Source: Chiloscyllium plagiosum
Taxonomy: Eukaryota
Assembly (NCBI RefSeq): GCF_004010195.1
Contig: NC_057749.1
Coordinates: 7,275,416-7,339,415, forward strand
Length of the DNA: 64,000 bases
Direction of reading: 5' to 3'
Under the pieces are notes generated by a model. That model was not told where the DNA came from and did no database searches. It saw only the letters and a program-made list of their open reading frames with translations. The position numbers and the translations under genes were made by a program. This document shows positions 36,415 to 48,302 of this stretch, piece by piece. The number at the start of each line of letters is the position of its first letter. The stretch's first letter is position 1.

Positions 36415-37600
36415 TTATCATGATCCCTTCAGAGACCAATAGCTTTTGAAAAGACATTCAAACTTCCAGTTAATCGCTGAAAGGATGACAGAAGATTTCA
36501 TGTTTTAAGAACTTTACTGCAACAAAAGACTAAAAGCACTGGTACTAAATATTACCTTTTTATGCAACTTATATTTCAAACTACAAAACAAAACATTCTC
36601 CTTTTCCTTTTAGCACAACGGAAAAGCACTTCACAGATATACTTTACATAGTTCTTTAAGTAGACATTCAATTCTTATGTAAACAGTCTCAAGTGATTCT
36701 TAACTGCTAAGGATTTGCTTCTTTGTTTTCCCATCCTCAGTTCTGGGTCGTTTAATCTCAGAACTGTCATTTGTAGTGAGCTGTTTCCCCTCTTTCCCCC
36801 AGAGATCCTACCTCTAGAAAATATAAAGCAAATATTTCAGCCTTATTTTAATACCTCACAAATTCAGCTTTTTATCTATACACAGCTTCCACCCACAATC
36901 CTGCACGGTGTGCCACAGAACCTGACGATTATAGTTGTTTTCCCTCTCCCAGCTCTAGGCAGACTAACCCACTTGGAGAGAATTAAGGGAAACCATGGAC
37001 CTTACCCCTCTCAAAGCCATCGCCACGCCAACATGAATCACATGGGCCTTGTAGTCAGGTAATAAAATGCTGATTAGCTACTCTTGAGGCCCCATTGGAA
37101 TGCAAGAGCACACTACAAAGACCAATTGCTTATAACCTAACATTTTCTACAGATTTCTGCAATTCTGGAGCCTCTCCCACAATCCTGACGAAATGCTTCT
37201 GCTCGAAACATTAACTCTCCTGCTCCTCAGATGTTGCCTGCGCTTTTCTAGCACCACACTTTTTGACTGGAGACTCTCAGTTTAAGCATTGTTAGCATAA
37301 GGCTGCTGTCATTGTCTCTCAGCTTGAACATCATGCTCTTGTTTCCCAGTAAAACAAATAAAACAAAAAACAATGTTTGTCCCTTTTTTTCACTCTGAAC
37401 CAAAGCAGCTGTGCATGCTATTTCTTTTCCTGCATTCTTCTGATCAGCTCTTTATTTTCCCTTAAATTAAGAACATAGTTCAAAAATATAACACCCTTGT
37501 AAAGAGCACAGTTATGACTCCAGGAAACCAGCAGCAGCAAAATGAATGCAAAACACAACCTACAATATGGCAATAAGCAAGTTTTAAAAATTCTTGTCAC
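36415..37600. mobile_element. Possible decayed long solo LTR
   Basis: Begins tatcatga and ends ttgtcac (degenerate TGTCA-type termini); no TSD found; weak call. Confidence 0.25.
37177..37266 (+). mobile_element. Short P1 PLE insertion
   Basis: Near-TSD ctggag(c/a)ctctc at 37165-37176 and 37267-37278; core cCTGACGAaatgcttctgctcGAAAc. Confidence 0.75.
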
Positions 37601-37624
37601 TTAGTACTATAGATTTTGAATACT

Positions 37625-37800
37625 GCTGGAAAAAGACATATTGCTATAGCTTTTCATCTTGCACTCATCAGGACAATTTGCAAGAATACAAATTTAAGAG
37701 GGTTAAAAAAATATTTATGCCAACATGATTGTTGAATGCTTTGGCATGGACCCTGGTTAGCATAGGTGTTGTCATGCAGAATGTACCAGTTAATGATGAT
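37625..37800 (-). mobile_element. PLE-like terminal fragment (family P4)
   Basis: Minus strand gtc-CTGATGA-GTgcaagAT-GAAA-AGCT at 37643-37674. Confidence 0.55.
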
Positions 37801-37824
37801 TGTCAGTTAACTGCCAGGCTCTCC

Positions 37825-38050
37825 TGAACAATGCTGACTGAAGGATAAATAATGGCAAGGACATTAAGGGGGATTCCCTTGCTATGGAATCTCTCTGTAC
37901 CTACCTTAGAGGGCAGAGGAGCTCTTTGCAGTCAACAGATTCCTCTGACATTGTCGCTCACCCTCTCAGTGCTACACTAAAGTGTCAGCCTGGGTCACAT
38001 GCCTGAATCCCTGGAGTGGGGACAGACCCTGCAAATTTTTGTTTCAGAGA
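37825..38050 (-). mobile_element. Deu-domain SINE fragment
   Basis: ctgaaggataaataatggc...ctctgaca...ctcagtgctacact...gtcagcct. Confidence 0.6.
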
Positions 38051-38264
38051 CAAGAATATGATCATAAAATATTGAGTCGTCCCTTTAAAAAGCAAAGTAA
38101 TTTCAAGTCAGTTTTAAGAGGCTAATGATCAGCAATGAGGTGGAATCTGGAATTGCACAAGAGAGGGTCAAATAGTCGAGGCTTTATTTAATATTAAACA
38201 ATGTACTATTCAGCTTTTAAATAAAACATCTCGGATAGGCATTGAGCTTAACAGTGTAGGAATG

Positions 38265-38349
38265 AAGGGCTTTTGCCCGAAACGTCGATTTTGCCTGTCT
38301 TCGGATGCTGCCTGAATTGCTGTGCTCTTCCAGCACCACTGATCCAGAG
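38265..38349 (+). mobile_element. Short P1 PLE insertion
   Basis: Perfect 12-bp TSD agtgtaggaatg at 38253-38264 and 38350-38361. Confidence 0.85.
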
Positions 38350-38387
38350 AGTGTAGGAATGTAACTCATCTGAATCTGTGTTTAGTT

Positions 38388-38855
38388 CATAAGGTATAGG
38401 AGCTGAATTAGGCCATTCGGCCTATCGAGTCTGCTTCACCATGCGATCATGGCTGATATGCTCCTCACCCCCATTTTCCTGCCTTCTCTCCAAATCCCTT
38501 CAACTCATTACCAATTAAAAATCTGTCTAACTCCTCCTTAAATTTACTCACTGTCCCAGCATCCACTGCACTTTGGGGTAGCGAATTCCACAGATTCACA
38601 ACCCTTTGGGAGAAGTAGTTTTTCCTCAACTGTGTTTAAGTTTGCTCCCCCTTATCCTAAGACTATGACCTCTTGTCCTAGAATGCCCCACACGAGGAAG
38701 CATCTGCTCCCTGTTCTATTTTATCCACACCTTTTATCAGCTCGCATTCCTCAATTTGATCTCCCCTCATTCTTCTAAATTCCAGAGAGTATTGACCTAA
38801 ACTGTTCAATCTCTCTTCATATGACAAACCCCTCATCTCTGGGATCAATCTAGTT
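38388..38855 (-). mobile_element. CR1 3' fragment
   Basis: cataaggtataggagctgaattaggccattcggcc tail plus RT C-terminal remnant. Confidence 0.85.
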
Positions 38856-38877
38856 ACTTATCCCAATTGTTTTCTTT

Positions 38878-39240
38878 CTGTTTATTCTTTCACCAGATGT
38901 GGGCATCATTGGCTGTTGCCCATCCTTAATTGCCCTTGCACTGAGTGGTTTGTTTGCCCATTTCACAGGGCAGTTAAGAGTCAACGCAGTGATATGGGTC
39001 CGGAGTCACATGTCGGCCAAACCAGATAAGTGCAGCAGTTTCTGTCCCCTGAAGGACAGCAATGAACCAGATGGGTTCCTACAACCATCAGTGATAGTTG
39101 TCATGGTCACCATGACTGAAATTAGCTTTCTAATAGCACTTTTGTTTATTAGTTGGATTCAAATTCTACCAGCTCCATGAACCCATGTCCCCAGAGCTTT
39201 AGTATTACTCCATAGTAACACTACCAGGATGTTACCATGT
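38878..39240 (-). mobile_element. SINE family B
   Basis: agggcagttaagagtcaac...ggagtcacatgt...tgaaccagatggg. Confidence 0.75.
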
Positions 39241-39732
39241 CCCTATATTGGGAGGACAGATGGACTAAGGGGAGTTAAAGTGCCAAATTGATTTCAGAAC
39301 CATGTAGGGGGGATAGAATAATTAGCAAAAGTGTAGGAATGCCTTTGACAGGAGCCCTCTTGCGGTGCAGTGGTAGTGCTCCTACCTCTGAGCCAGGAGG
39401 CCCAGACTCAACCCCCACATCTCTGACCAGGTTGATTATTAACATGAGGGACAGTCTTGCCTTTCAATCTCTGTCTACTGTCACCTGTTTGCAGGCATGA
39501 ACACAAATGAGTCAAGTGAAAACTGAGTTATGATGCCCTGCACATGCACCAACAGAGCAATTGCTTAATGTAAAGATGAAAGACAATATTTTTTCACCTC
39601 TCCCCATGCAGGGAGACAATGGCATATTGTTACTGGACCATTCCACCAGAGGGCTCAACTAAAGCTCTAGGAAAACTGGGGAAATCTAACCTTAAATAAT
39701 GACAAATTTGAACTGAGAGCTACACTCAGTCA

Positions 39733-40472
39733 TGTTGTATTATGGCAAAATTCTCCCAACCTAAATAGGCCTGTAGCTTTAAGGCAGTTGCAAGACATCA
39801 CAACAGGCCCGACATCGTCTCTTCTTCCTCAGGCAGCTGAGGAAATTTTGCATTACATCAAATACCCTTGCCAACGTTTATGGATGTGTCATCGAGAGCA
39901 TTCTGTCTGGATGTATCACTACCTGGTATGGCAACTGTATCATTTAAGATTGGAGACGGTTACAGAGAGTGGTGAACTTGGCCCGGACAATCACAAAGGC
40001 CTACCTTCCATCTATAGAATCTATCTCCCAGGCCTGCTGAGGAAAGGCCACGAGCATTCTCAAAGATCCATCCCACCTCGGCAACGTTTTTCTATGACCT
40101 CTACCATCAGGGAGAAGGTACAGAAGCCTGAACACACGCACCAGTGAGTTTCATAACAGTTTCTACCCTACTGTCATTGGAATTCTGAATGGACTCACAA
40201 ACCTTTAACATTCGCCTGTATGCTACTTAACTCTGTGATCTGCCTGTATTGCTCACAAGACAATGCTTTTCACTGTGCCTTGGTACACATGACAATAAAT
40301 TCAATTCAAAACACGTGATACTCCCTCGAACCATACCTACCTCAACTCAGTCACCCTCTGAGCTATGGAGTCAGTATAGAGTCTTCAATCAGTTGTGTGT
40401 GTTGTAAATAAACTTGAAGACATTTGACTCAACAAACCCGATCTCTTGTGACATATGGTACATGGACTAACA
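39733..40472 (+). mobile_element. Probable short solo LTR split by the Rex1 insertion
   Basis: tgttgt start, taaca end, AATAAA near 40407; sits between two halves of a family B SINE; no TSD. Confidence 0.4.
39786..40309 (+). mobile_element. Rex1/Babar LINE 3' fragment
   Basis: Frameshifted RLFFLRQLRKF...CVIESILSGCITTWYGNC; tail cttttcactgtgccttggtacacatgacaataaa(ttcaa)n. Confidence 0.85.
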
Positions 40473-40933
40473 TTTGGAAAACCGCAAAGAATTTCAGAAA
40501 TCATCACTGATTATTGTAAGAGCCCATCTGATTCACCAAACTCCTTCAGGGAAGGAAATCTGCCATCCTATTCGGGTCTGGCCTACACGAGAGTCCAAAT
40601 CCACAGCACCGTGTGGATGACTCCAATCTCCCTTCTGAAATGCCCTGTAGGAAATCGGAGATGAGTGGCAAGAACTGAGCTTGCCAACAAAGCCCACATC
40701 CTACGAAAGAATTTAAAAGAAGATTTGGAGTTACTGACTAATCGCAGCAATTATTCTGTAACAGATCCAGTTACAAATCCAGGAAAACCATGACTGCTGG
40801 GGGATTGACAGATCTGAAACCAACTATTCCTCGTGAATATCTCATGGCACCTCATGTCTAAACTTGATCATTTGTCGATTGTAATAGGCTTATATGTAAA
40901 GAATAGTCATATAGCTGTCCAATCTATCTAAAG

Positions 40934-41060
40934 TCTTCACCTGATGAAGGAGCAGTGCTCCAAAAGCTTGTGGTTTCAACTAAACCTGTTGGACTATAAT
41001 CTGGTGTCATCTGACTTCTGATTTTGTCAACTCCAATCCAACACCGGCACCTCCACATCG
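40934..41060 (+). mobile_element. P2 PLE terminal fragment (single arm)
   Basis: cac-CTGATGA-A-GGAGC-agt-GCTCC-aAAA-GCTT-gtg then aaacctgttggactataa. Confidence 0.8.
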
Positions 41061-41431
41061 TAGCCTGTCTAAGACTATTGCAACAGCTCCTGGCTCCCTT
41101 GCAAATTCAATCTCTGTGATGGTCACTTGCTGTAAACTGGCAGCAACACCATCACCCATTTCCCCCCAAATCCAGGCACTGGGTTAAAATCCTATTACCA
41201 CTGTGTATGCATCCTCACCACAAGGACTGCGGTAATCCAGGCAGAGACCGCCCTTATCGGCATTTTAATGTAATCAGACACAGACAATCACTGCAGCACC
41301 AAGAGAATAAATTCAAATTAAACTCAACATTCTCAAGGGTGAAAGCCAAAAAAGAGACAAAAATGAATTTGAGCCGCACATTTCCACTTCAGATGCAAGC
41401 ATATACTGAGAAATTCCAAATTCTCATTTTC

Positions 41432-41760
41432 CTTTTTGCTAATTCATTTACAGGATTGTGTGCATTGCCAGCCAAGTAAGTGTTTATTGCCCATCCCCGA
41501 TAGCCCAGAGGGCAGTTAAGAGTCAACTACATTGCTTTGGGTCTGGAGTCACATGTAAAACAGGTGCAGTAAGGGTGGCTGATTTCCTTCCCTGAAGCAC
41601 ATTAATGTATCAAATGGGATTTTCCCAACAATCACAACATTTTGGGGTCATCACTAACTCCAGATTTTTACTAATTTCAAATTCCACCATCTGCTACGGT
41701 GGGATTCGAACCCAGGTCCCCACAATGCTACCTGGATTAATAGCCTAGTGATAGAGCTCT
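41432..41760 (-). mobile_element. SINE family B
   Basis: tttattgcccatcc...gagggcagttaagagtcaac...gtgggattcgaacccagg. Confidence 0.8.
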
Positions 41761-42708
41761 TACTGGCATCAGATTAACAAGAAGGAAACAGGCCATTCGG
41801 TCCGACTGGTTGAGGCTGATGTTCATACGCCATCCTACTTTGTTAGCATAGCCTTCTACAATTCCTTTCTCTCTTCTCAAATGTCCCCTTAAATAGGTAA
41901 GACTGCAAGAAATAGGAACAGGAGTAGGCAGTTTGGCACCTCAGGATAGCCATTCAATGGGATCAGGATTGACCTAACATTCCTTATATCCACTTTCCTG
42001 TGTTTTCCTCATTACTCTCGATTCCTCTTACTGACTTTTCTATACAAATTATCTGAAATGTTCCTTGTGTAGTTGTTTGCATCTCCTAATCGCTCTCTGG
42101 GTGAAGTAATTTCTCCTGAATTCCCTGTTTGTTTTAGCTGCGACTGCTGTATACTTAACTAAATATATTTTTTCAGGCTTGTGTACAAAGTGTCTGATTT
42201 CTTGGTTCTTCGCAATCAGAGTCTAACCACCCGAGATGTTCTTGCCTTCGTCTCTTAGAAAGCCTCTACCCGGAGACTTCCCGATTACAAATCTAACCTT
42301 TCACCAACTGAAACTCAAACCCTCAAGCACAGCCAAACAAAAAAGCGTGGTGAGGAGCAGAACACAAGCTCTGCCTAACACAGCTGGTCATCTCATTGAC
42401 CTTTCTGCAGGGACTCGCTTCAGAGCTCTCACAGTCCTAAGCTTCGAGACCAAAGCCAGAAACATTCTGTTTGAAACTGCTCTAGCTGTGTGCTCCAAAT
42501 GGGCAGGAGCTTGCAGGTTACTCATTGCCTGCATTAATCCCTTATTCATTGCTGATGGAATATGTACTAAGATGGACAATGCGCAAGACAAAAGGAAAAC
42601 CTTTGAGTTATTTGAGGTAACGGGAGACTTTTATGTGTAATTCTTGTCGCATTTGGCTGTGCTCATGGATACTATGGAAAATGTATGGCACAGAAGGAGG
42701 TCATATGT

Positions 42709-42950
42709 GCAGGGATGTGCAGGGTGGGTGGATTAGCCATGGGAGATGCAGGATTACAAGGATAGGGTAGAGGGGTGGGTCTTGGTGCGATGATCGGTGT
42801 GGACTCAATAAAGGATGGGTGGTTTAGCCTTTGTAAATGCAGGGTTACAGGGATAGGACTTGAGGGATCTGGAAGGGTTGCTATTCAGGATGTCCATGTG
42901 GGCTCAATGGGCCGAATGGCCTGCTTCCACTCTGTCCATTTTCGATTATG
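42709..42950 (+). mobile_element. HE1 SINE 3' part with internal duplication
   Basis: Two copies of ggtggattagcc...atgcagg.ttaca.ggatagg; tail tgggccgaatggcctgcttccac. Confidence 0.75.
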
Positions 42951-42964
42951 TAGGCCAGTAAGTC

Positions 42965-43910
42965 TATGAAAATTAGCAAAGAACTAGCAAAGCTCAGTGG
43001 AAGCTGAAAGAACAGCACCTCCTTTGCCCCTTGGGGGACCCTGCAGCCTTCTGGACTCAATACTGAGTTCAATAACTTTTGGGCTTGAGCTCTCCCATGT
43101 CCTTACCCCCAACCCCCACACACCAGGCTTTGTTATCACACAGTCTACTATTACACACAACCCATTGTTCACCACTAACAGTCCCCATTAATACCTGAAC
43201 ACAACCAATGCTGGAGATCAGAGCGGGTCAAACAGCATCCATGGAGAGATGGCAAACTAACGTTTCGAGTGTGTATGACTCTTCATCAAAGCTGAAGTAA
43301 AGTGTGGAAAGGACAGCAATTCTGCTATGGTTGGGGGTGTGGGTGGTGGTGTCGGGTGCTAGTGGAGAAAAGATGTCGATAGTTTGACTGCCACATCTCT
43401 TCGAGGAATGCCTACCCTGAAGAGGTTTCGATCTTCCCACCCACTATCCCCACACCCCCACCCCACCCCAAACTATAACATAAATGCTGCTCCCTTCACT
43501 CTTCACTTCAGATCTGATGAAGAGTCATCTAGATTTAAAATGTTAGCTTGCTCTCTCTCCATGGATGCTGTCTGACCTGCTGTGATCTCTAGCATTTATT
43601 GTTTTCAGTGCAGATTCCAGCATCTGCAGTCATTTACTACTCCATTAATAGCTGTTCACCCTCCCAGCCAGATCGTTATCCATTCCTTTACCTGTCCATC
43701 TGTTCTTCTCTCTCTTTGGGCTCTATCCCCACCTATCATTTACTTCTTACTCCAGCCCCACCCCCCATCTTCTACATAGAACCTGACATTTTCCTCGCTA
43801 CCATGAGTTCTGAGGAAGGGTCACTCAACTCGAAACATTAACTCTGATTTCTCTGCACAGATTCTGCCAGACCTGCTGTGCTTTTCCAGTAATGTCTGTT
43901 TTTGTTTCTC
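42965..43910. mobile_element. Cluster of Penelope-like fragments (GIY-YIG C-terminus, inverted terminal repeats)
   Basis: 42992-43080 encodes decayed KLKEQHL...LGTLQPSGLNTEFNNF; 43200-43350 and 43450-43605 are inverted copies; three hammerhead-like cores (~43258-43293 minus, ~43510, ~43807). Confidence 0.75.
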
Positions 43911-44032
43911 AAAAAAGCACTACCTAGTAGACAGTAGTGGGATGGAATTGTATAGCTGATGATGTCCCACAGCACTTTATGGATAATTAACTTTGTGCTA
44001 CTGGATATGATCTGCCACCCAATCCAATGGGG

Positions 44033-44100
44033 ATGTGCATGTGTGAGTGTGTGCATGTGTGCGTGTGTGTGTGTGTGTGCGTGTATGTGAGTGTGTGTGT
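44033..44100. repeat. Imperfect (TG)n microsatellite
   Basis: Direct inspection. Confidence 0.95.
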
Positions 44101-44880
44101 ACACAGCTGGGGTGGAGACCTTCAAACTGAAGAACATTCAGTCCCAGTCTGGCCAATACCATTATCAGTGTCAAACTGTATCTGGAGCATCAGATTAAGA
44201 CTGGGCTTTCTTATTCTCTGCCGTAGCTAAGTGTTGTGTAACTAATGAGCAGATAGTTCTCAATCAACAGGGTAGTCACATTGCTGAAAATCACTGCATT
44301 CAGCAAAATTACATTATTCAAAACACATATTCCCATAGAAATGTTTCAGCTATATTCCCAGAAAGCCAAACGAGTACAGCATACAAGCACAAAGTTAGTA
44401 TCAAACACTATTCAGTCCATTGAGCCTGTTCCACCATTCAGTATGATCATGGCTGATCACCACATTCAGCTCCCTGTTCCTGCTTTCTCGTGACACCCTT
44501 CAATTCCTTTAGCTAATTCTTTCTTGAAACCACCCGTTTGCTTTCTGTGGTAGAGATTTCCACAGGCCCACTGTTTTCTGGGTGAAGACATTTCTTTCAT
44601 CCCAGTCCTAAATGCCCACCCCATATCCTTAGACTATGACCCCTGGAATTGAACTCCACGGTCATCAGGAACATCCATCCTGCATTTACCTTGTCTCATC
44701 CTGTTCGAATTTTATAGATTCCTATGAGATCTCCCTTATCCATCCAATCTCCTGTCAATATAGTCCTACCTGACCCAATTCCTCTTCATACATCAGCCCT
44801 GACATCCCAGGAAACAGTCTGGTAAACCTTTGATGCAGTCCCTCTGTAGCCAGTTAAGGACAGGTGGGGTCTCACCAAGC

Positions 44881-45051
44881 TGAAACTTTATTGCTGGAAC
44901 AGCACAGCAGGTCAGGCAGCATCTAGGGACAGAAGATTCGACGTTTCGGGCACATGCCCTTCTTCAGGAAAGAGGCAGAGAGCTTCTTCAAGGAAGGCAT
45001 CCTTGTAAGAGGATTCGCAGTAGGTTGAAATCTTCGAGGAGAAAGTGAGGT
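44881..45051 (-). mobile_element. Young P1 PLE end with tandem terminal-repeat junction
   Basis: P1 terminus followed by new sequence, then ggagaaagtgagg, the start of another terminus copy, running into Ns. Confidence 0.75.
44937..44970 (-). ncRNA. Minimal type I hammerhead ribozyme motif (intact)
   Basis: Minus strand TTC-CTGAAGA-A-GGGC-atgt-GCCC-GAAA-CGTC^GAA; stem I TTC/GAA, stem II GGGC/GCCC. Confidence 0.75.
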
Positions 45052-45083
45052 NNNNNNNNNNNNNNNNNNNNNNNNNNNNNNNN
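45052..45083. other. Assembly gap (32 N)
   Basis: Run of N. Confidence 1.
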
Positions 45084-45367
45084 GCCTTGCACAAATGCAG
45101 CAAGACATCCCGGCTCCTGTATTCAAACCCTCTTGCTATGAAGGTCAACATACTGTGTGCTTTCCTCATCACCTACATGCTCACTTTCAGTTTCTGCACA
45201 GCAAGCTCCCACGAACAGTAATAACAAAGGAGGAGGAAGAGTGGTGCCTCCAATTTCACATGGGCCTGTGCCACGCACCCAAAACTGGTCATTCAGGATT
45301 GAGAAACCAAGAGTCCATTATCCATTGTGCAGGACATCCAGTTTGAAAAAGAAGGGCAACAAGGACA

Positions 45368-45674
45368 GGGCCGCCTGGTAGCTCAGCGGTTAGCACTGCT
45401 GCCTCACAGCACCAGGGACCTGGGTTCGATTCCAGCCTCAGATTACTTTCTGTATCCAGTTTGCATACTCTCCTTGTGTCTGTGTGGGTTTCCTGCAACA
45501 GTCCAAAGATGTGCAGGTTAGGTGGACTGGCCATGCTAAATTGTCCCATAGTGCCCAGGGATGTGTAGGCAAGGTGGATTGGCCATGGGGAATGCAGGGA
45601 TACAGTTTGGGGTGGGATTGTCAGTGTAGACTTGATGGGCCAAATGGCCTGCTACTACACTATAGGGATTCTAT
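45368..45674 (+). mobile_element. HE1 SINE (long variant)
   Basis: A/B boxes, core, tail cacactatagggattct. Confidence 0.9.
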
Positions 45675-46365
45675 GGAGCAAGTGACAGCCTCATCAAATG
45701 TGAAACTGCATTCGTAAAACCAAATTCTGGGGTCTCTGGACTGGAAATTAAATTCTGAATATTTATCGTTAACTATAAGGTAGTTAGGCAATTACTGTTA
45801 CAGAGGAGAGAGACTCTCGGTTGGAAACGGCTAAAGGCTATCCAAATTGTTTGTCTTCTTCCTCTCCTTGGGGTCAGTTTATTAGCACTTTTATTCCTTC
45901 AACATGTTGTTTCTGTTCCTTTTAGCTACTGGGCCTTGTCACAAAAGCCTGCAGAAATCTCGGTAAATACAAGTCCTCACCTGAACTGCAGCGCTCCCCA
46001 GCTGCTCCATGCATCCTCTTAATGGCCAATTAGCTGTACAGCAATGTCATTTGTAAAGCCCTTAACCCCAATACAATACACTTCCTGCCACACATCAAGT
46101 CTGGGGATTTTGTTTTTACAGCCAATTTAAGAGCGGCAACAAGAATAAAACAAAAAAACTGCTGCAAAATAGTGAAGCAGTCAAGCATTTTAATGCAAGG
46201 GAAAGCTAGCCTGTCTTTTGTGTTAACAAATTAAACATTTTTTACAAAAGGAATTTGCATACTGCACCTCAGACACTCACTCTCCGCAGACTGAAAATCA
46301 CGATTGACAGTTACTCACCCCATCCTGTTGAATTGAAATGAAGTGTTGTGAGGGACAGGAAGAAT

Positions 46366-46665
46366 TGAATCCCTACAATGGGGAAACAGGCCCTTTGGCC
46401 CAACAAGTCCACACTGGTCCTCTGAAGAGCATCCCACCTAAACCCATTCCTTTACTTTTACCCCTAACTAACACACCCCTAAAGACAATGGGCAATTTAG
46501 CACAGCGAATCTACCTAACTTGAACATCTTTGGATTGCATGAGGAAACTCACACAGACACGGGGAGAATGTGCAAGCTCCACGCAGACAGTTGTCCAAGA
46601 TAAGAATTGAACCCAGGTCCCTGGTGCTGTGAGGCAGCAATGCTAACCACTGAGCCAATGTGCCG
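46366..46665 (-). mobile_element. HE1 SINE
   Basis: gaatccctacaatggggaaacaggccc ... gctaaccactgagcc. Confidence 0.9.
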
Positions 46666-46964
46666 GTGAGGCCACTAATCTATACTTTTCACAGAAAGAT
46701 GGATGGAAGTGCAGGCTGTGATCCCGAAAACACCAGTTCAGATCCCTGAATCCCAGGTAATAAAAATGGAATTTGGCTTATCTTACCTCTGGTAAGCCCT
46801 CAGTAGTAACGACTAGCCTTGATCTCAGACCCGGCAAGCAGAAATATGCTCCCTTTTTCATTTCTCCGAATTTCATCATGCAAAAATGCCAGTTTTATTC
46901 ACAACGTAAAACATCTAAAATTTTACAACTTCCATTTCTTTTGTCCTTTTATCGGAGTAAAAAG

Positions 46965-47585
46965 TTGCAATAAGGTGCTTCACGGGAGCATAATCAGATA
47001 AAAAATTATCACCAAGACAAATCGAAAAGTATTCAGACAGGTGACTAAAGGCTCTGCCAGAGGGCTAGGTCTTTGAGGACCGTCTGAAAGGTAGAAAGAA
47101 TTTATATTCTTTCTTGCCTTTATATTCTTTGTCTCGGTTTATTTTTCTGTGTTTTAAGATGGCGCTCGGAAAGTGGCGACACTTTGCAACATTTTTCACT
47201 GTATTTTGTAACAAGATGCACGTGACAATGAATAAATCAAACAAATCAGAATTTCAGAGCTTAGACAGCTAAAGGCATGGCCGTGAATAGTAAGGCAAAA
47301 GGAGGAGGAGAATGTGCAAGGGTGCTGATTTAAAGGAATTCTGAGCTCTCAGAGGGGAAGGTTACAGAAATCGGGAGAGAAAGATCTGAATATATGGTTG
47401 AGCACTCTGAAGATCAAAGGGTTGCTAAACAGGGACCCAATGTAGGTCATTGGGTGCAGGCTATAGGCTGAAATTGAATTGGTGCAAGCTAAGATATCAG
47501 CAGCACAGTTTTGGATGAGCTCACTTTAAAGAGTGGAAAATGGGAGGCTGACCAAGAGTGTATTGGAGTAGTCAAACTGGAGATA
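46965..47585 (-). mobile_element. Old L2-type LINE 3' fragment, interrupted
   Basis: aaggtgcttcac...gaatttcagagctt...gcagcacagttttggatgagc...ttggagtagtcaaactggag, typical antisense L2 3' sequence. Confidence 0.6.
47104..47247 (+). mobile_element. Short family R retroposon
   Basis: aagatggcgc...ggcgaca...ttttcactgta...cacgtgacaat; TSD agaattt at 47097-47103 and 47248-47254. Confidence 0.7.
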
Positions 47586-48117
47586 ACTCTATTTCTTTCA
47601 GACAACAACCCTCTACAATGCATTAAATGCGTTTTATTTTAAACTGGTGCATCAAAATGTTATGGGACACACGCACACACAGCTGCATAATGCTATGACT
47701 AAATGGAGCATCGCAAAGTACAGATCTCCCTCTCCCTGATCGCTGAAACCCTAATGCACTGATAGAGATCTGCGTTGACTTGACTGCTGCAAAATTAATT
47801 CTGATTCTGGTAAATTGGTAAAGCCTGAACACCCAAATACCTTGCAATCAACTGGCAATGTCTATATGTCAGTCCATATCACTTTCTCTCGGAGTAGTTC
47901 ATTTCTGTCCACTGTCACAGTCAGGAACCATTGCTGCTTGGAGCCACACTCCAAACTCTACTGTTCCCTCTTCCTTCTGTAACCATGAGCAACACCACGG
48001 GAGATTCAGGAGTATATATTTAAACACTGACTAACAGGTCTTTCCCAATGGTTCTAATTAGTTAGGAGATCTCTGATTCAGTCACTGGGTTCAGGTAAAA
48101 GATAAATCGCATCAGAC

Positions 48118-48302
48118 CATGGGTACTGCTCTCTCTCTCTCTTTCATTAGAGAGAAATGACTGGTGGCTTAACTTGATGGTTCAGTTGAGGGGAGATATT
48201 GAGAAAGAGAGTCCTACATGGTAACCTCAGTCAGCACAGGAACTGAATCCGTGCTAATGATGTCACTCTGCATTGCAACCAGCCAACTGAACTAACAGAC
48301 CC
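48118..48302 (-). mobile_element. SINE family C
   Basis: cattagagagaaatgactggtgg...tcactctgcattgcaaccagccaactgaactaac. Confidence 0.7.

Larger units (their letters stand above)
44405..45200 (-). mobile_element. CR1 LINE fragment interrupted by PLE and assembly gap
   Basis: MLTFIARGFEYRSRDVLLHLCK before the gap joins cttggtgagaccc (LVRP) after the insert. Confidence 0.8.
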
